DNA from: Felis catus
Lineage: Eukaryota
Reading direction: 5' to 3'
NCBI RefSeq assembly: GCF_018350175.1
Contig: NC_058383.1
Location: forward strand, 17,176,001 to 17,240,000
DNA length: 64,000 nucleotides
Made by a program: the position numbers and the translations under genes. Under the pieces are notes generated by a model that ran no database searches, had not been told where the DNA came from, and saw only the letters and a program-made list of their open reading frames with translations. Positions 50,052-64,000 of the stretch are shown piece by piece (position 1 is the first letter of the stretch; each line of letters begins with the position of its first letter).

Positions 50052-53000
50052 GGGAGAAACAAGAAGATGGTGGCGTAGGAGGACGCTGGGCTCACCTCGT
50101 CCTGCTGATCACTTAGATTCCACCCACATCTGCCTAAATAACCCAGGAAACCACCAGAAGACTAGCAGAAAGGACTCTCAGGAGCCAAGCATAGACAAGA
50201 GGCCCACAGAAGAGGGTAGGAAGGGCAAAGAGGTGGTGTGTGTTACACGGACTGGCAGGAGGGAGCCAGGGAGGTGGAGGGGCAGCCTGCCCAGCAAGGC
50301 AGAGCCCCCGAAGTCTGGCTTGCAAAAGTGGAGGAACTGGACTCCGTGAGTTCTGACAGGCAGTGGGACCTAACATCTGGAATGTTAAAAGTCAACAGCT
50401 CTGCTATTGTTGAGCCTGTGAAGACAGAGCTTAGCTCGGTGGGGGAACAAAGGCACTGGCCAGCGCCATTTCCCTCTCCCATTCTCCAGCCGAAATTCCA
50501 AAGAGAACCAGTTCCCATCACTGAACTTGCTTGCACCACGCAAATGCGCAACACTGTGCTTCTGTGGATCCATCCCTCCCATGGGCCTGTCTCCCTCCTG
50601 GTGCTGCAGGGCCCCTCCCTCAGGGGACCACAGATGGTAAAGTGAGCTAAGCCTGCCTCTTCCGACCCTGTGCACCTAGCGGATCCACCCCGGCTAATAT
50701 GCCCTTGGCCAGATCCCATCGAAGCAACGCCACAAGCCTGGCAGTGTGCAAGTAGCCCAGACAGGGGCCACACCACTCCACAGTGAGTCCTGCCCCTGGG
50801 AGAGGGGAAGATAAGGTACACACCAGTCTGACTGTGGCCCCAGTGGTGGGCTAGGGACAGACATTGGGTCTGCATCCCCGCCCACCAACACAAGTTACTC
50901 CAGACAGCACAGGGGAAGTGCCCTGCAGTTTGGAGCCACCATAGGGACTACCCAAAATGATGAAAGGGAAGAACTCTCCTCAAAAGAAACTCCAGGAAGC
51001 AGTGACAGATAATGAATTGATCAAAAACGATTTAAGCAATATAACAGAACAAGAATTTAGAATAATAGTCATAAAACTAATCTCCGGGCTTGAAAAAAGC
51101 ATAGAGGACAGCAGAGAATCTATTGCTACAGAGATCAAGGGACTAAGAAATAGTCATGAGGAGCTAAAAAATGCTATAAATCAGGTGCAAAATAAAATGG
51201 AGGTGACCACAGCTTGGATTGAAGAGGCAGAGGAGAGAATAGGTGAATTAGAAGATAAAATTATAGAAAAAGAGGAAGCTGAGAAAAAGAGAGATTAAAA
51301 AATCCAGGAGTATGAGGGAATAAATAGAGAACTAAGTGATGCAATCAAACAGAACAATATCCATAGATATTCCAGAAGGAATTCCAGAAGAAGGAGAGAG
51401 AGAGAGAAAAAGGCTGAAGGTGTACTTGAACAAATCATAGCTGAGAACTTCCCTGATCTGGGGAAGGAAAAAGGCATTGAAATCCAAGAGGCACAGAGAA
51501 CTCCCTTCAGACGTAACTTAAATCGATCTTCTGCATGACATATCATGGTGAAACTGAAAAAATACAAGGATAAAGACAAAATTCTGAAAGCAGCTAGGTA
51601 TAAATATTCCCTAACTTACAAAGGTAGACACATAAGAATAGTAGCAGACCTATCTGCTGAAACTTGGTAGGCCAGAAAGGAATGCAGGAAATCTTCAATG
51701 TGATGAACAGAAAAAATATGCAGCCGAGAATCCTTTATCCAGCAAGTCTCTCATTCAGAATAGAAGGAGAGATAAAGTTCTTCCCAAACAAACAAAAACT
51801 GAAGGAATTCATCACCACTAAACCAGTCCTACAGGAGATCCTAATGGGGGTTCTGTGAGTGAAATGTTCCAAGGACCACAAAGGACCATAGACATCACTA
51901 CAAGCATGAAACTAACAGACATCACAATGACTCTAAACCCATATCTTTCAATAATGACACTGAATGTAAATGGACTAAATGCTCCAACCAAAAGACATAG
52001 GATATCATAATGGATCTAAAAAAAAAAAAAAAAAGATCCATCTATTTGCTGTCTACAAGAGACTCATTTTAGACCTAGGGACATCTTCCGATTGAAAGTG
52101 AAGGGATGGAGAACTATCTATCATGCTACTGGAAGTCAAAAGAAAGCTGGAGTAGACATACTTACATCAGACAAATTAAACTTTAAATTAAAGGCTGTAA
52201 CAAGAGATGAAGAAGGGCATTATATAATAATTACAGGGTCTATCCAGCAGGAAGAGCTAACAACTATAAATGTCTATGCGCCGAATATGGGAGCCCCCAA
52301 TATATAAAACAATTAATCACAAACATGAGCAACCTTATTGATAAGAATGTGGTAGGAAACAAATTTGACAATAAATTTCATATGTATAAAAAAAAGAATG
52401 TGGTAATTGCATAGGACTTTAATATTCCACTTACAACAATGGATAGATCATCTAGACACAGGATCAATAAGGAAACGAGGGCCCTGAATGATACATTGGA
52501 TCAGATGGACTTGACAGATATATTTAGTACTCTGCATCCCAAGGCAACACAATATACTTTCTTCTCGAGTGCACATGGAACATTCTCCAAGAGAGATCAC
52601 ATACTGGGTCATAAAACAGCCCTTCATAAGTATAAAAGAATTGAGATCATACCATGCACACTTTCAGACCACAATGCTATGAAACTTGAAATCAACCACA
52701 GGAAAAAGTCTGGAAAACCTCCAAAAGCATGGAGGTTAAAGAACACCCTACTAAAGAATGAATGGGTCAACCAGGCCATTAAAGAAGAAATTTAAAAATA
52801 TAGGGAAACAAATGAAAACGGAAACACAACAATCCAAACGTTTTGGGATGCAGTGAAGGCAGTCCTGAGAGGAAAATATATTGCAATCCAGGCCTATCTC
52901 CAGAAACAAGAAAAATCCCAAATACAAAATCTAACAGCACACCTAAAGAAACAAGAAGCAGAACAGCAAAGACACCCCAAACTCAGCAGAAGAGAAATAA

Positions 53001-55950
53001 TAAAGATCAGAGCAGAAATAAACAACACAGAATCTAAAAAAAAAAAAAAAACTGTAGAGCAGATCCATGAAACCAAGAGTTGGTTTTTTGAAAAAATTGA
53101 TAAACCTCTAGCCAGGATTCTCAAAAAGAAAAGGGAGATGACCCAAATATATAAAATCACAAATGAAAATGGAATTATTACAACCAATCCCTCAGAAATA
53201 CAAGCAATTATCAGGGAATACTATGAAAAATTATATGCCAACAAACTGGACAACCTGGAAGCAATGGACAAATTCCTAAGTACCCACACACTTCTAAAAC
53301 TCAAACAGGAAGAAATAGAAAACTTGAACAGACCCATAACCAGCGAAGAAATTGAATCAGTTATCAAAAAATCTTCCAACAAATAAGAGTCCAGGACCAG
53401 ATGGCTTCCCTGGGGAATTCTACCACACATTTAAAGCAAAGATAATACCTATCCTTCTCAAGCTGTTCCAAAAAATAGAAAGGGAAGGAAAACTTCCAGG
53501 TTTATTCTATGAAGCCAGCATTACTTTGATTGCCATCCAGACAGAGATCCAGCAAAAAGAGAGAACTACAGGCCAATATCCCTGATGAATATGGATGCAA
53601 AAATCCCCAAGAAGATACTAGCAAATTGAATTCAACAGCATATAAAAAGATCATTCACAATGATCAAGTGGGATTCATTCCTGGGCTGCACGGTTGGTTC
53701 AACATTCGCAAATCAATCAATGTGATACATCACATTAATGAAAGAAAAGATAAGAACCATATGGTCCTGTCAATCAATGCAGAAAAAGCATTGACAAAAT
53801 TCAGCATCCTTTCTTAATAAAAACCCTCGAGAAAGTCAGGATAGAAGGAATATACTTAAACATCATAAAACCATTTATGAAAAGCCCACAGCTAATATCA
53901 TCCTCAATGGGGAAAAACAGAGCTTTCCCCCTGAGATCAGGAACATGACAGGAATGTCCACTCTCACCGCTGTTGTTTAACATAGTGTTTGAAGTTCTAG
54001 CATCAGCAATCAGACAACAAAAGGAAATCAAAGGCATCAAAATTGGCAAAGATGAAGTCAAGCTTTCACTTTTTCCAGATGACATGATATTATACATGGA
54101 AAACCTGACAGACTCCACCAAAAGTCTACTAGAACTGATACATGAATTCAGCAAAGTCGCAGGATATAAATCAATGTACAGAAATAAGTTGCATTCTTAT
54201 ACAATAATAATGAAGCAACAGAAAGACAAATAAAGAATCTTATCCCATTCACAATTGCACAAGAATCATAAAATACCTAGGAATAAACCTAGCAAAAGAT
54301 GTAAAAGATCTGTATGCTGAAAACTATAGAAAGCTTATGAAGGAAATTGAAGAAGATACAAAGAAATGGAAAAACATTCCGGGCTCATGGATTGGAAGGA
54401 TAAATATTGTTAAAATGTCAATAATACCCAAAGCTGTCTACACATTCAATGCAATCCCAATCAAAATCGCCAAATATTGAAGAAAAGACGAAAGCGGGAG
54501 GCATCACAATCCCAGACTTAGCCTCTACTACAAAGCTGTAATCATCAAGACAACATGGTATTGGCACAAAAACAGACGCATAGACCAATGGAATAGAATA
54601 GAGACTCCAGAATTGGACCCACAAATGTATGGCCAACTAATCTTTGACAAAGCAGGGAAGAATATCCAATAGAAAAAAAGTCTCTTTAACAAATGGTGCT
54701 GGGAGAACTGGACAGCAACATGCAGAAGCATGAAACTAGACCACTTTCTTACACCATTCACAAAAATAAACTCAAAATGGATAAAGGACCTGAATGTGAG
54801 ACAAGAAACCATCAAAACCCTAGAGGAGAAAGCAGGAAAAAAACCTCTCTGACCTCAGCTGCAGCAATTTCTTACTTGACACATCTCCAAAGGCAAGAGA
54901 ATTAAAAGCAAAAATGAACTATTGGGACCTCATGAAGATAAAAAGCTTCTGCACTGCAAAGGAAACAATCAACAAAACTAAAAGGCAACTGACGGAATGG
55001 GAAAAGATATTTGCAAATGACATATCGGACAAAGGGCTAGTATCCAAAATCTATAAACAACTCACCAAACTCCACACATGAAAAACAAATAATCCAGTGA
55101 AGAAATGGGCAGAAAACATGAATAGACACTTCTCTAAAGAAGACATCCAGATGGCCAACAGGCACATGAAAAGCTGCTCAACGTCACTCCTCATCAGGGA
55201 AATACAAATCAAAACCACACTCAGATATCACCTCACGCCAGTCAGAGTGGCTAAAATGAACAAATCAGGAGACTATAGATGCTGGAGAGGATGTGGACAA
55301 ACGGGAACCCTCTTGCACTGTTGGTGGGAATGCAAACTGGTGCAGCCACTCTGGAAAACAGTGTGGAGGTTCCTCAAAAAATTAAAAATAGATCTACCCT
55401 ATGACCCAGCAATAGCACTGCTAGGAATTTACCCAAGGGATACAGGAGTACTGATGCATAGGGGCACTTATACCCCAATGTTGATAGCAGCACTTTCAAC
55501 AATAGCCAAATTATGGAAAGAGCCTAAATGTCCATCAACTGATGAATGGATAAAGAAATTGTGGTTTATATACACAATGGACTACTACGTGGAAATGAGA
55601 AAGAATGAAATATGGCCTTTTGTAGCAACGTGGATGGAACTGGAGAGTGTTATGCTAAGTGAAATAAGTCCTACAGAGAAAGACAGATACCATATGTTTT
55701 CACTTTTACGTGGATCCTGAAAAACTTAACAGAAGACCATGGGGGAGGGGAAGGAAAAAAAAAGTTAGAGAGGGAGGGAGCCAAACCATAAGAGACTCTT
55801 AAAAACTGAGAACAAACTGAGGGTTGATGGGGGGTGTGAGGGAGGGTAAAGTGGGTGATGAGCATTGAGGAGGGCACCTATTGGGATGAGCACTGGGTGG
55901 CGTAACCAATTTGACAATAAATTTCATATAAATAAATAAATAAATAAATA
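50052..55950 (+). mobile_element. Full-length L1_Fc-type LINE-1 (GC-rich 5'UTR, ORF1 from 50957, ORF2 to 55720), inactivated
   Basis: 5' end aagatggtggcgtaggaggacg; ORF1p and ORF2p fragments; stops, frameshifts, RT motif changed to FPDD. Confidence 0.95.
52355..52393 (+). mobile_element. 39-bp L1 3'-terminal insertion nested in ORF2 of the full-length L1
   Basis: TSD aagaatgtggta at 52343-52354 and 52394-52405. Confidence 0.88.
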
Positions 55951-56967
55951 AGTGGCAAAAAAATTTTTTTTAATAAAATAAGCTTTCAGGGGCTCCTGGA
56001 TGACTCAGTCAGTTAAGTGTCCAACTCTTGGTTTCAGCTCAGGTCATGATCTCAGGGTTTGTGGGTTCAAGCTTTGCCAGGCTCCATACAGCCTGCTTAG
56101 GATTCTCTCTCTCTTCTTCTCTCTCTGCCCCTCCCCTGCTAGTGTTCTTGCACATGCAAACACACTCTCCCTCTCTCTCTCAAAATAAATAAACTTTAAA
56201 AAAATATAAGCTTTTAGAAGGAAATTTTACTTCTCTTTATTTGTCTGGGTTTTTTTTTTCTTTATCTTTTTCTTTTATTTTCTTTCTTTCTTTTTTTTTT
56301 TTTATCGCTTTTCCATTCTCTACCCAAGTCAATATAAAGCAATATTCCAGTATTACTTATCACCATTGGTGCAATTATTTTCTCTTTGAGTCTGAGTAAA
56401 TCTGGCACAGCTAGGAAACCACTTCAAAAGGACGAATTGTTCTGATCATTCTGTTGCCTCCCCAAGAGCAAAAATGATGGGCAGCAGTAACATCCAATCA
56501 TAAATCTCTTTCCTGCCCAACGCATGTTCAATGGGCAAAAAAAGTCAGCATTTGCAGAAAGTATGAAAATCCAAGACCATTAACTGATAACTTGTTAGAA
56601 CTAATTTTATTCAGCAAGATCAACATATAAAAATCTAATCTATTTCTTATTCTGCTACGACTAATTTTCTAATCAGAAAATAAAATAAAACATCATTTAT
56701 AACACCAAAAAGCTATAAAACCCTTAAGCATAAATCTAATATGAAATATGTAAATTTTTTTAACTGTTAGGCTTTCATCCAGGACATAAAAAAATAGACA
56801 TGGGGCACCTGGGTGGCTCAGTCAGTTGGGCCTCCAACCTCAGCTTAGCTCATGATCTCAGAATTCCTGAGTTCGAGTCCCATGTCGGGCTCTGTACTGA
56901 CAGCTCAGAGCCTTGGAGCCTGCTTCAGATTCTGTGTCTCCATCTCTCTCTGCCCCTACCCCACTCA

Positions 56968-57026
<59 letters not shown>

Positions 57027-57429
57027 AAAAAATAAACATTAAAAAAATTAGAGAGACATGTCATGTTCATGGATGACAAGGCTGAACATTATAAATATGT
57101 GAGTTCTCCATCAGATTACTCAGTAATTCAGTGTAGTCTCACCCAACAGAATTATTATAGAATTTGAAAGCTGATTCTAAAATTCACCTGGAAGATAAAA
57201 CACACAGAAACAGCTTAAAAACCCATGAAACATACATTATTGCATCATCCCATTCCACAGCCAGAGGTACCATATGAAAGCAAAACCCCAAAACCATAGT
57301 AAATTAAAGTATGGTTCTGGAATAAATAATTGGCTCTGGAATAAATGCATAAGGTCAATGGAATGAATATTGAATGTATACACAGAAGTCCAGTGTTCTT
57401 ATCAGAAATAGTTTGTTTCTCTTAATGAA

Positions 57430-59040
57430 AAAGCAAGTAAACTTTCTTTGATCCCACTTCGCCCACCAATCACTACTCCATTTCTTTGCTTCCTTTTTGC
57501 AAAACAGTTTCTAAAACAATTGTCTATTTACTGAATTCAGTTCTGTTCCTCCCACTCTCGTTTAAACCCATTCCAATAAAGCATTTGCCTCACCTCAGCT
57601 CCCACTCCACTAAAACTGTTTTCATCAAGGTCACCAAGGATACATGGTTAACTCCAATAGTCTCTATCTTCACCTTTAAGTGATTCAGCAGCAGCTTTTG
57701 ACATTTGACTACTCCTTCTTGTAACTCATTTGTACATTTGCCTTGGGGTCTCCCCACTCCCCTTGTTCTCCTTCATTCCAGTTCCTCTTTCTGGTTTCTT
57801 TTGTCAATCCTTTCCTTTCTCTCTACCCTCTTAAGGAGGATCCCAGAGCTCAGTCTTTGGGCCTCTTTGTTTTCTGTTTTTTGTTTTAATTTGAGAGACA
57901 GTGCACAGGAGAAGGGCACAGGGGGAAGGCTAGACAGAATCTCAAGCAGGCTGTACGCCCAGTGCAGGGCCCAACGATGACACGGGGCTCAATCTCATGA
58001 CCTGAACCAAAATCAAGAGTTAGAATCTTAACCCACTGTTACCACCCAAGTACCCCTGCGCCTCTTTTTTATCTACACTCTGTTCTTAGGTGGCCCCAAG
58101 GCTATAAATATCGTCTATATGCTGATGTTGCCAAAGTTTATGTCTCCATCCCAGACCCCTCTTTTGAGGTCCAGATTCAGATATCCAACTGCCTGTTCAA
58201 TGTCTAACAAGTACCTCAAATCAAGTATGTCTAAAATGGAATGCCCAATGGCTCCCAATCTTGCTCCCTACACCTTGCTGCATCTCAGCCTCAAGTAAGC
58301 AGACAAGGCTAGGCCAGACCAAGGCAGGACAGATAGGCTTAGTAAAGATACAATGAGCCACTTTTAAGTTTAGACAGATTATTACTTACACATATGGCAA
58401 AACTAAATTTTCTCATGGTTCTTGTCGTGAGGATCAAAAAGGATAAGCAAAAAAATGGAAGTCTATATTCTAGACTTATAGACAAAGCAGTTCTAGTCTG
58501 TAGCTCTTATGGGTGGAGAGGCAAGAAAGTTTTATACTTCATCAGAACCTGGGAGACCACAGAAACTGGCTCATCATGGCCTTCTAAGGGAAGGAGAGAG
58601 GCAAGCAGGAGATGGCCCCAGAGCAGCTTCTCAAAGCCCTCCCATATTCTCTCTTCTGGGAAGATCACAGACGTTCTACCAAAAATCAGACAAGCTGTGG
58701 TTCAAGCCTTTGCCTGTGTGGCCTATGTGGCTGTGCCAGATGGCCAAGGCACCATTGTGGAGATGTTCTCCCACATTCAGTCAATGGCAACAGTGCCCTG
58801 TGTGACTGTACACATATTGTCCCATTCTCCTACCTTTACTTCTCTCAGCTCACCTCCTCTTTGACTCCTCATTCCTTCCACTCTAGCCATGCTGGCCTCC
58901 TTGCTGTTCCTCAGACATACCAGGCACACTTCTATCTTAAGGCCATCACATTGGCTGCTCCCTTTAACTGGACTATTCTTCCCCCAGAGATCTTCAAGGC
59001 TCATACTCAAGTCTCTATATTCAACTTCATAAATCCTCTT
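57430..59040 (+). mobile_element. L2 remnant interrupted by a SINE and a probable old LTR (about 58290-58810)
   Basis: L2-like motifs ccactccactaaaactg...tcaaggtcacca and ctagccatgctggcctccttgctgttcctc. Confidence 0.6.
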
Positions 59041-61723
59041 TACCATGTTTCTTCTCCCTAGTATTTTGGCTTTGCTTTCAAGAGAATGAAGGTAGCAGGG
59101 TCTCCTTAATCTCCCATGCCCCACATGGCACCTAGGATCATGGCTCCTCTCTTCCAATATAATCTCCCAGACCCATCTCTCCAAATCTCTTTCTGCCACC
59201 TACCCAGACAAGTTACCTCTGTCTAAACCTCTTCAATTTGCTTGACTCACCACATTTAAAGGAACTAGACACACAGGATCTACCTTCTGAGAAGGTTCTG
59301 GAAAAATACATATAACAAAATATTGTTTCCATTACACTTACTGCTGACAAAAGATCCACTTGAATGCCATTCTTGACAATCTTATTAAGCCTTTGGGGTC
59401 TGAGGCCAGACTAAGGGGGTTAAAAATCATATCTCAATAAGTGACTTTTTGACCTTAATTAACCAAGTTATTTCTTGACCTCCTTGTCCTTATCTAGAAA
59501 ATGATGGTAATAATAGTACTTAACTTCTTGGAGTTGTTGTTATGATTAAATGAGATAATACATGTCACAGTGCATGTAGTGAATATTCAATCAATATTAG
59601 CTATAATTATGTTATAATTATATTATTGAGTTAACCAATGATATGGCTAGCACAATCCCAATGATACATAAAGGGGGTATTGGCCTCAAAGTTGCCTGTT
59701 ACTTACTCAGAAGCATTCTAGACTGTTCCACATCCTCCCTCAGTTGCCAAGCAGTAAGTCAAACTTCAGGCAGGTCAGATAAACAGTCATATCATAGGCT
59801 TTGTGGGAGTTTGGGGGTATTCCTCCCAAGATCACCCTAAGGGTATGGTTGGCCAGGGGTCACTTTCAGGGCAGAGTCAACTATGCACTGCCACCACCCC
59901 TAAAATACTTCTTCCTGTTTCCCATCCTTGAAAGAAGAAGTGGCTCAGAGCCTGACCTGAGCAGGACAGAGGAGAAAATTACTAAATCCTGGAATAGGAC
60001 AAAAGAACCACACTTCCTTCACATGAAAAGAACAGAAGGAGAAGAACTGCAAACTCTTTGATCTGATATTTTTGCTTCTAGAGGAGAGGGGTAAACAAAT
60101 GTCAAAGGCAACAATTTCTCCCCAACTCCACAGAACAGATCATTTCTGGGGAGTAGGTCAGATATGTCCCAAGATACATGACTCTATTCAATCATTGAGA
60201 AGTTAGGCCAAGCCTACGAAACCACAGTGATTGTATTTTTTTTCTCCTGATCATTTTAACACGTGAACAGTATTTCATACATCAGCTTTTCTGCACTCAC
60301 TCCCAGAAGATATGATTTACAAATTTGTCATGATAGGGTAGGCTTAATTCTGTATCATGGTTTTGTCATAGAACATTTTAGCACAAATATTTCATGCAGC
60401 TTTACAGAATTCTCATTTTAATGGGTATAAAGTATTCCATTCAATTGAGACATTTTAGTGGTTTTGTTTTAGGTAATGCTCATTAAATAATTTTTTACAC
60501 ACAACTTTTTGCTTCTTTGGAATTTTTTTTCCAGATATAATTTTTAAGATGAAATGACTGGGGCAAATTAGATGCACATTTTGGGGCCCTTTGTACTCAC
60601 TGCCAAATGACTCTCCAAATGGGCATTCCATTTTGAAGCCAACATTTTACAGTGCTTTATAGTTTCAAGCCATTTGATAAATTTTATTTCAACCACCCTG
60701 GCAGACTAACCTAAATTCCACCTTCTGGGGCAGATACTTTAGTAGGTTAACTCCAGCTCCCTCTCCTGTGCCTCCAAGAGACTGGAAAAGCTGCCTACAG
60801 CCTGCCTTACAGCCAGGAGTGGCCATACGATCCCATTCCGACCAATGAGATGTAAGGGAAACCTTGATGGACAAAGGGGCTGATATTTCCCCTCCCTGAA
60901 CCCCCTGCCTAGAATGTGGAAGTGATGATTGGAGAGAACTAAGCTGTGAAGAAATAGAGAGGTAACAGGAAAGAAATGAAGTCTATTCACAGAGAGGAGG
61001 GAGATACCATGAGGGAGCCACACAGCCCCTGAGACAGACAGATGCAGAGTGAGTTCTGGAGCAGCCTGGGTTCTGTGGGTGCTTTCCAGTTTTAGTTCAG
61101 CCCCCACATATCCTCATACCTGATCCTTACGTGTCTTCATACCAAGCCCTTATTTTCTTGTAGAAATTCAGGCAGGTGTCTATTCCTTGTAGACAGTCAA
61201 GCCCACAGATACTACAGGTGTTCTTGTAATTTATATTCCACATTGGTGGACTCAAAGGATTGAGGCAATTAGGGTTTTGTTCTTCCTGTGCCACAAGAGG
61301 AGAGGAAGGTGTTCATACATGAGAGGCCCATTGATTGCTGTCTGAACCACTTGTATCCTGCAAAACACTGCAGGATAAAACAGACTGTAGAAACAACTTC
61401 ACTTGTTTTGTTCTGTTGTCAAAGTACGACCCCAGTTTCTGGCTAAATAAATTCAAGCATCAATAGAGAAAAGGGCTAGCATCAGATCCATTTTTATACC
61501 CTATTTGAAGCAGCATCATTCAATAGAAAGCCAACTGACCACAGAACTGCTCTGTGGAGATTCATACATAAATATACTTGGTCTGAGCCTCTGGAAGCCA
61601 CCCAGCATCATGGTTAAAGAGCACGGCCGTTGACTTGGGTTCAGTCACCAGCTCTGCTTTCTACTAGCTGTGTGACTTTGAGCAAGTTAACTTACCTCTA
61701 TAACTACTCATTTTCCTAATAAT

Positions 61724-62159
61724 TATTAAAACACAAAACATAAAACAGTCAATTATTTTATTAGCAAAAATAGGTTTATTCAACAATAGCAGAGAATTGC
61801 AGTTTGGTATATAGAAGCTATGGCAAAACCACAGGCAAGTCCAACAAACAAAGGAGAGGAATTTTATTTTATAGAAAAGAAAGAAGAAGCTGGGAGGGGT
61901 TATTTTGAACAAAAGTCCACTGGAGAGAAGCAAGAGTTCAAGATGATGACCATTTCTCATTGGCTGAATTGCAGGGGTGATCAATTTCTTGTAGGTGATG
62001 CAGTACACATCTTTCTCTGTTGGGGCCTATAATTTATCATTCTTTCCTGTTGAAGAGTCTTCTGTTGGGATCTGTAATTAACAATTCTTCCTTGATGTTG
62101 AATGGTACAGCTCCTTCTTCTCTCTGCTTTAGTGAGATTTCCTTTTATTAATTTTCACA
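61724..62159 (-). mobile_element. Related ERV1-type solo LTR inserted in a MIR
   Basis: 4-bp TSD taat at 61720-61723 and 62160-62163; shares blocks such as aagctatggcaaaacca and aacaaagga with the LTR at 30329. Confidence 0.72.
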
Positions 62160-63527
62160 TAATTGGAAATCATATTACTTACTCATAGTGGATATTTGTT
62201 GTTTTAGGCCACTCAGTACCTAAGTACCATTCTTCCCTTCTTTTGCTAATAGCCAGTTTCCTTTTGACCAGTTAACTCTCCACCATTGTATAAATTTCTT
62301 GGTGATACAGTAAGTCCATGTATGTTAAGGTGACACCCTCCCTTAACTAAATGAGTAGCCTCTTAACCAGAGTAAGATCAAAAGGACTCTCTATTTTTTT
62401 TAACGTTTATTTATTTTGAAGGTTTTTTTCTGAGAGAGAAAGAGGGTGCAAGTGAGCAAGGAGCAGAGAGAGAGAAGTGGGGCTCATCCAGGGCTTGTGT
62501 TCACCTGAAGTGGGACTCGAGCTCACATGAAGCAGGGCTTGAGCATACTGGATGTGGAATTCGAATCATGAACTGTGAGATCATAACCTGAGCTGAAATC
62601 AGATGCTTAACAACTGAGCCACTCGGGTGCCCCGCCCCTATTTTTTTATTTTGAAACAGAGAGTGAGTGAGAGCATGCATGAGCAGGGTAGGAACAGAGA
62701 GAGAAGGAGAGAGGGAAGCCCAAGCAGGCACTCCAACTCGGAGCTTGAACCATGAGATCATGACTTGAGCTGAAATCAAGAGGTGGACACTTAACCAACT
62801 GAGCCACACAGGCACCCTGGACTCTCTACTTTTAATTTGAATTTTGAGCACAGTGATGCAAAGGCATAAAATTAATATTTGGTTTCTTCCTCTCCTGTCA
62901 GGACTGCCAACGCAATGGTTCTTGTCCTCTCTGAGTCTGCTTTCCTTCCATCCTATGAGCCACCAGTAAATTCCATTTTTTACCTGTTAGCCAGAGTCTG
63001 TTTTCCCAATAGGCCCTAAGTGATGCACTACTTAACAACAACAATAAAGTTGTAAGGATTAAATAATGTATGTGATAAGCTTAGCACAGTGCCTGGCATG
63101 TAGGATGTACCCAACCAATGGTAATTTGTATTGGTTGAGGCTGAGGTTCCACTGCTATAACAAAGACCCCAAAAATCACAAAGCTTTAAGCCAGACTGCC
63201 TTATTGACAGTCCAGGGAAGTTAGAGAGTATCCACAGTATTGGAGAGCCAGGCTCTTTCTAGCAGTTTGTTCTGTTATCCCAAGGTATGTCCTCATCCAC
63301 CTCATCAAAGATGGCCTACCACCATGTCCACCTTCCCACTGGCAGGAAAAATAAAGGATATGGTGAGTGTGCCTCTTTCCTTTAAGGGTATGACCTAAGA
63401 GCTGCACATATCATTTCCCCTTCCATCTCACTGGCCAGAGCTTAACCACATGGTTACACATAGCTGCAAAGGAGGTTGGGAAATGTAGTCTTTACTCCAA
63501 GTAATCATATGCCTAGCTAAAATTTGA

Positions 63528-64000
63528 TAGGGGCACTTGTACCCCAATGTTTATAGCAGCACTCTCAACAATAGTCAAATTGTGGAAAGCGCCTAAATGT
63601 CCATCAACTGACGAATGGATAAAGAAATTGTGGTTTATATACACAATGGAGTACTATGTGGCAATGAGAAAGAATGAAATATGGCCCTTTGTAGCAACGA
63701 GGATGGAACTGGAGAGTGTTATGCTAAGTGAAATAAGCCATACAGAGAAAGACAGATACCATATGTTTTCACTCTTATGTGGATTCTGAGAAACTTAACA
63801 GAAACCCATGGGGGAGGGGAAGGAAAAAAAAGAAAAAAAAGAGGTTAGAGTGGGAGAGAGCCAAAGCATAAGAGACTCTTAAAAACTGAGAACAAACTGA
63901 GGGTTGATGGGGGGTGGGAGGGAGTGGAGGGGAGGTGATGGGCATTGAAGAGGGCATGTTTTGGGATAAGCACTGGGTGTTGTATGGAAACTATTTTGAC
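63528..64000 (+). mobile_element. L1_Fc-type 3' end, running off the window
   Basis: ORF2 C-terminus and felid L1 3'UTR. Confidence 0.9.

Larger units (their letters stand above)
1960..62820. mobile_element. About 30 further dispersed Can-SINEs (starts and strands approx.: 1960-,20503-,24366+,25936+,26155+,26768+,31338-,31572+,33704-,33899+,34098+,35487+,36053+,40018+,40406+,43243+,44083+,45215-,45823+,46149+,46686+,46991+,48950-,49597+,49836+,55989+,56802+,57875-,62395-,62641-)
   Basis: Recurrent ggggcrcctgggtggctcagt head, ggtcatgatctc core, (CT)n and A-rich tail. These generate the MAQSVK.../RERERE... ORFs. Confidence 0.9.

Noticed and set aside
50134..50893. 216-aa and 135-aa ORFs
   Set aside because: Chance ORFs in the GC-rich L1 5'UTR; no evidence for an ORF0-like product.
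50052..55950. Retrotransposition-competent L1 (also 2870-9106)
   Set aside because: Both ORFs carry stops and frameshifts; this copy also has a nested insertion and an altered RT motif.
58394..59199. Overlapping 98-156 aa ORFs as a possible unknown gene
   Set aside because: No recognisable domain or splice structure; the region lies in an L2 remnant and a probable old LTR.
1..64000. A novel multi-gene or prokaryote-style system (CRISPR, operon, defence island)
   Set aside because: This is a mammalian locus. All repeated sequence is explained by SINEs, L1s, LTRs, microsatellites and TSDs, and there is no repeat-spacer array.

Overview
Eukaryotic genomic DNA from a cat-family animal: the young SINEC_Fc-type Can-SINEs and L1_Fc-type LINEs are diagnostic of felids. 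The minus strand carries the promoter and coding exons 1-14 of ITGAM (integrin alpha-M / CD11b), from the ATG at 29277 down to 624; the gene continues past the left edge. All 14 exons have GT-AG boundaries and splice into one open frame of 570/571 codons: signal peptide, beta-propeller FG-GAP repeats and an I-domain with intact MIDAS. The proximal promoter keeps the PU.1 and Sp1 sites known from human CD11b. The ~35 kb upstream has no recognisable gene and is mostly transposable-element sequence, including an ~18 kb nest of co-oriented L1s. Almost all non-ITGAM ORFs in the track are SINE or L1 artefacts. I found no new multi-gene biological system. The best observations are retrotransposition mechanics readable from the sequence: a full-length 7SK retrocopy beside the exon 2 acceptor, a tailless 5S rRNA retrocopy on an L1 5' junction inside a possible 3'-transduction cassette, an L1 with a ~95-115 bp target-site duplication (TSD), repeated re-use of single target sites, tail-only and 39-bp insertions, a tight inverted SINE pair in intron 8, and two sibling L1s flanking exons 1-5. 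Repeat subfamily names and human comparisons come from memory and need RepeatMasker/BLAST confirmation.
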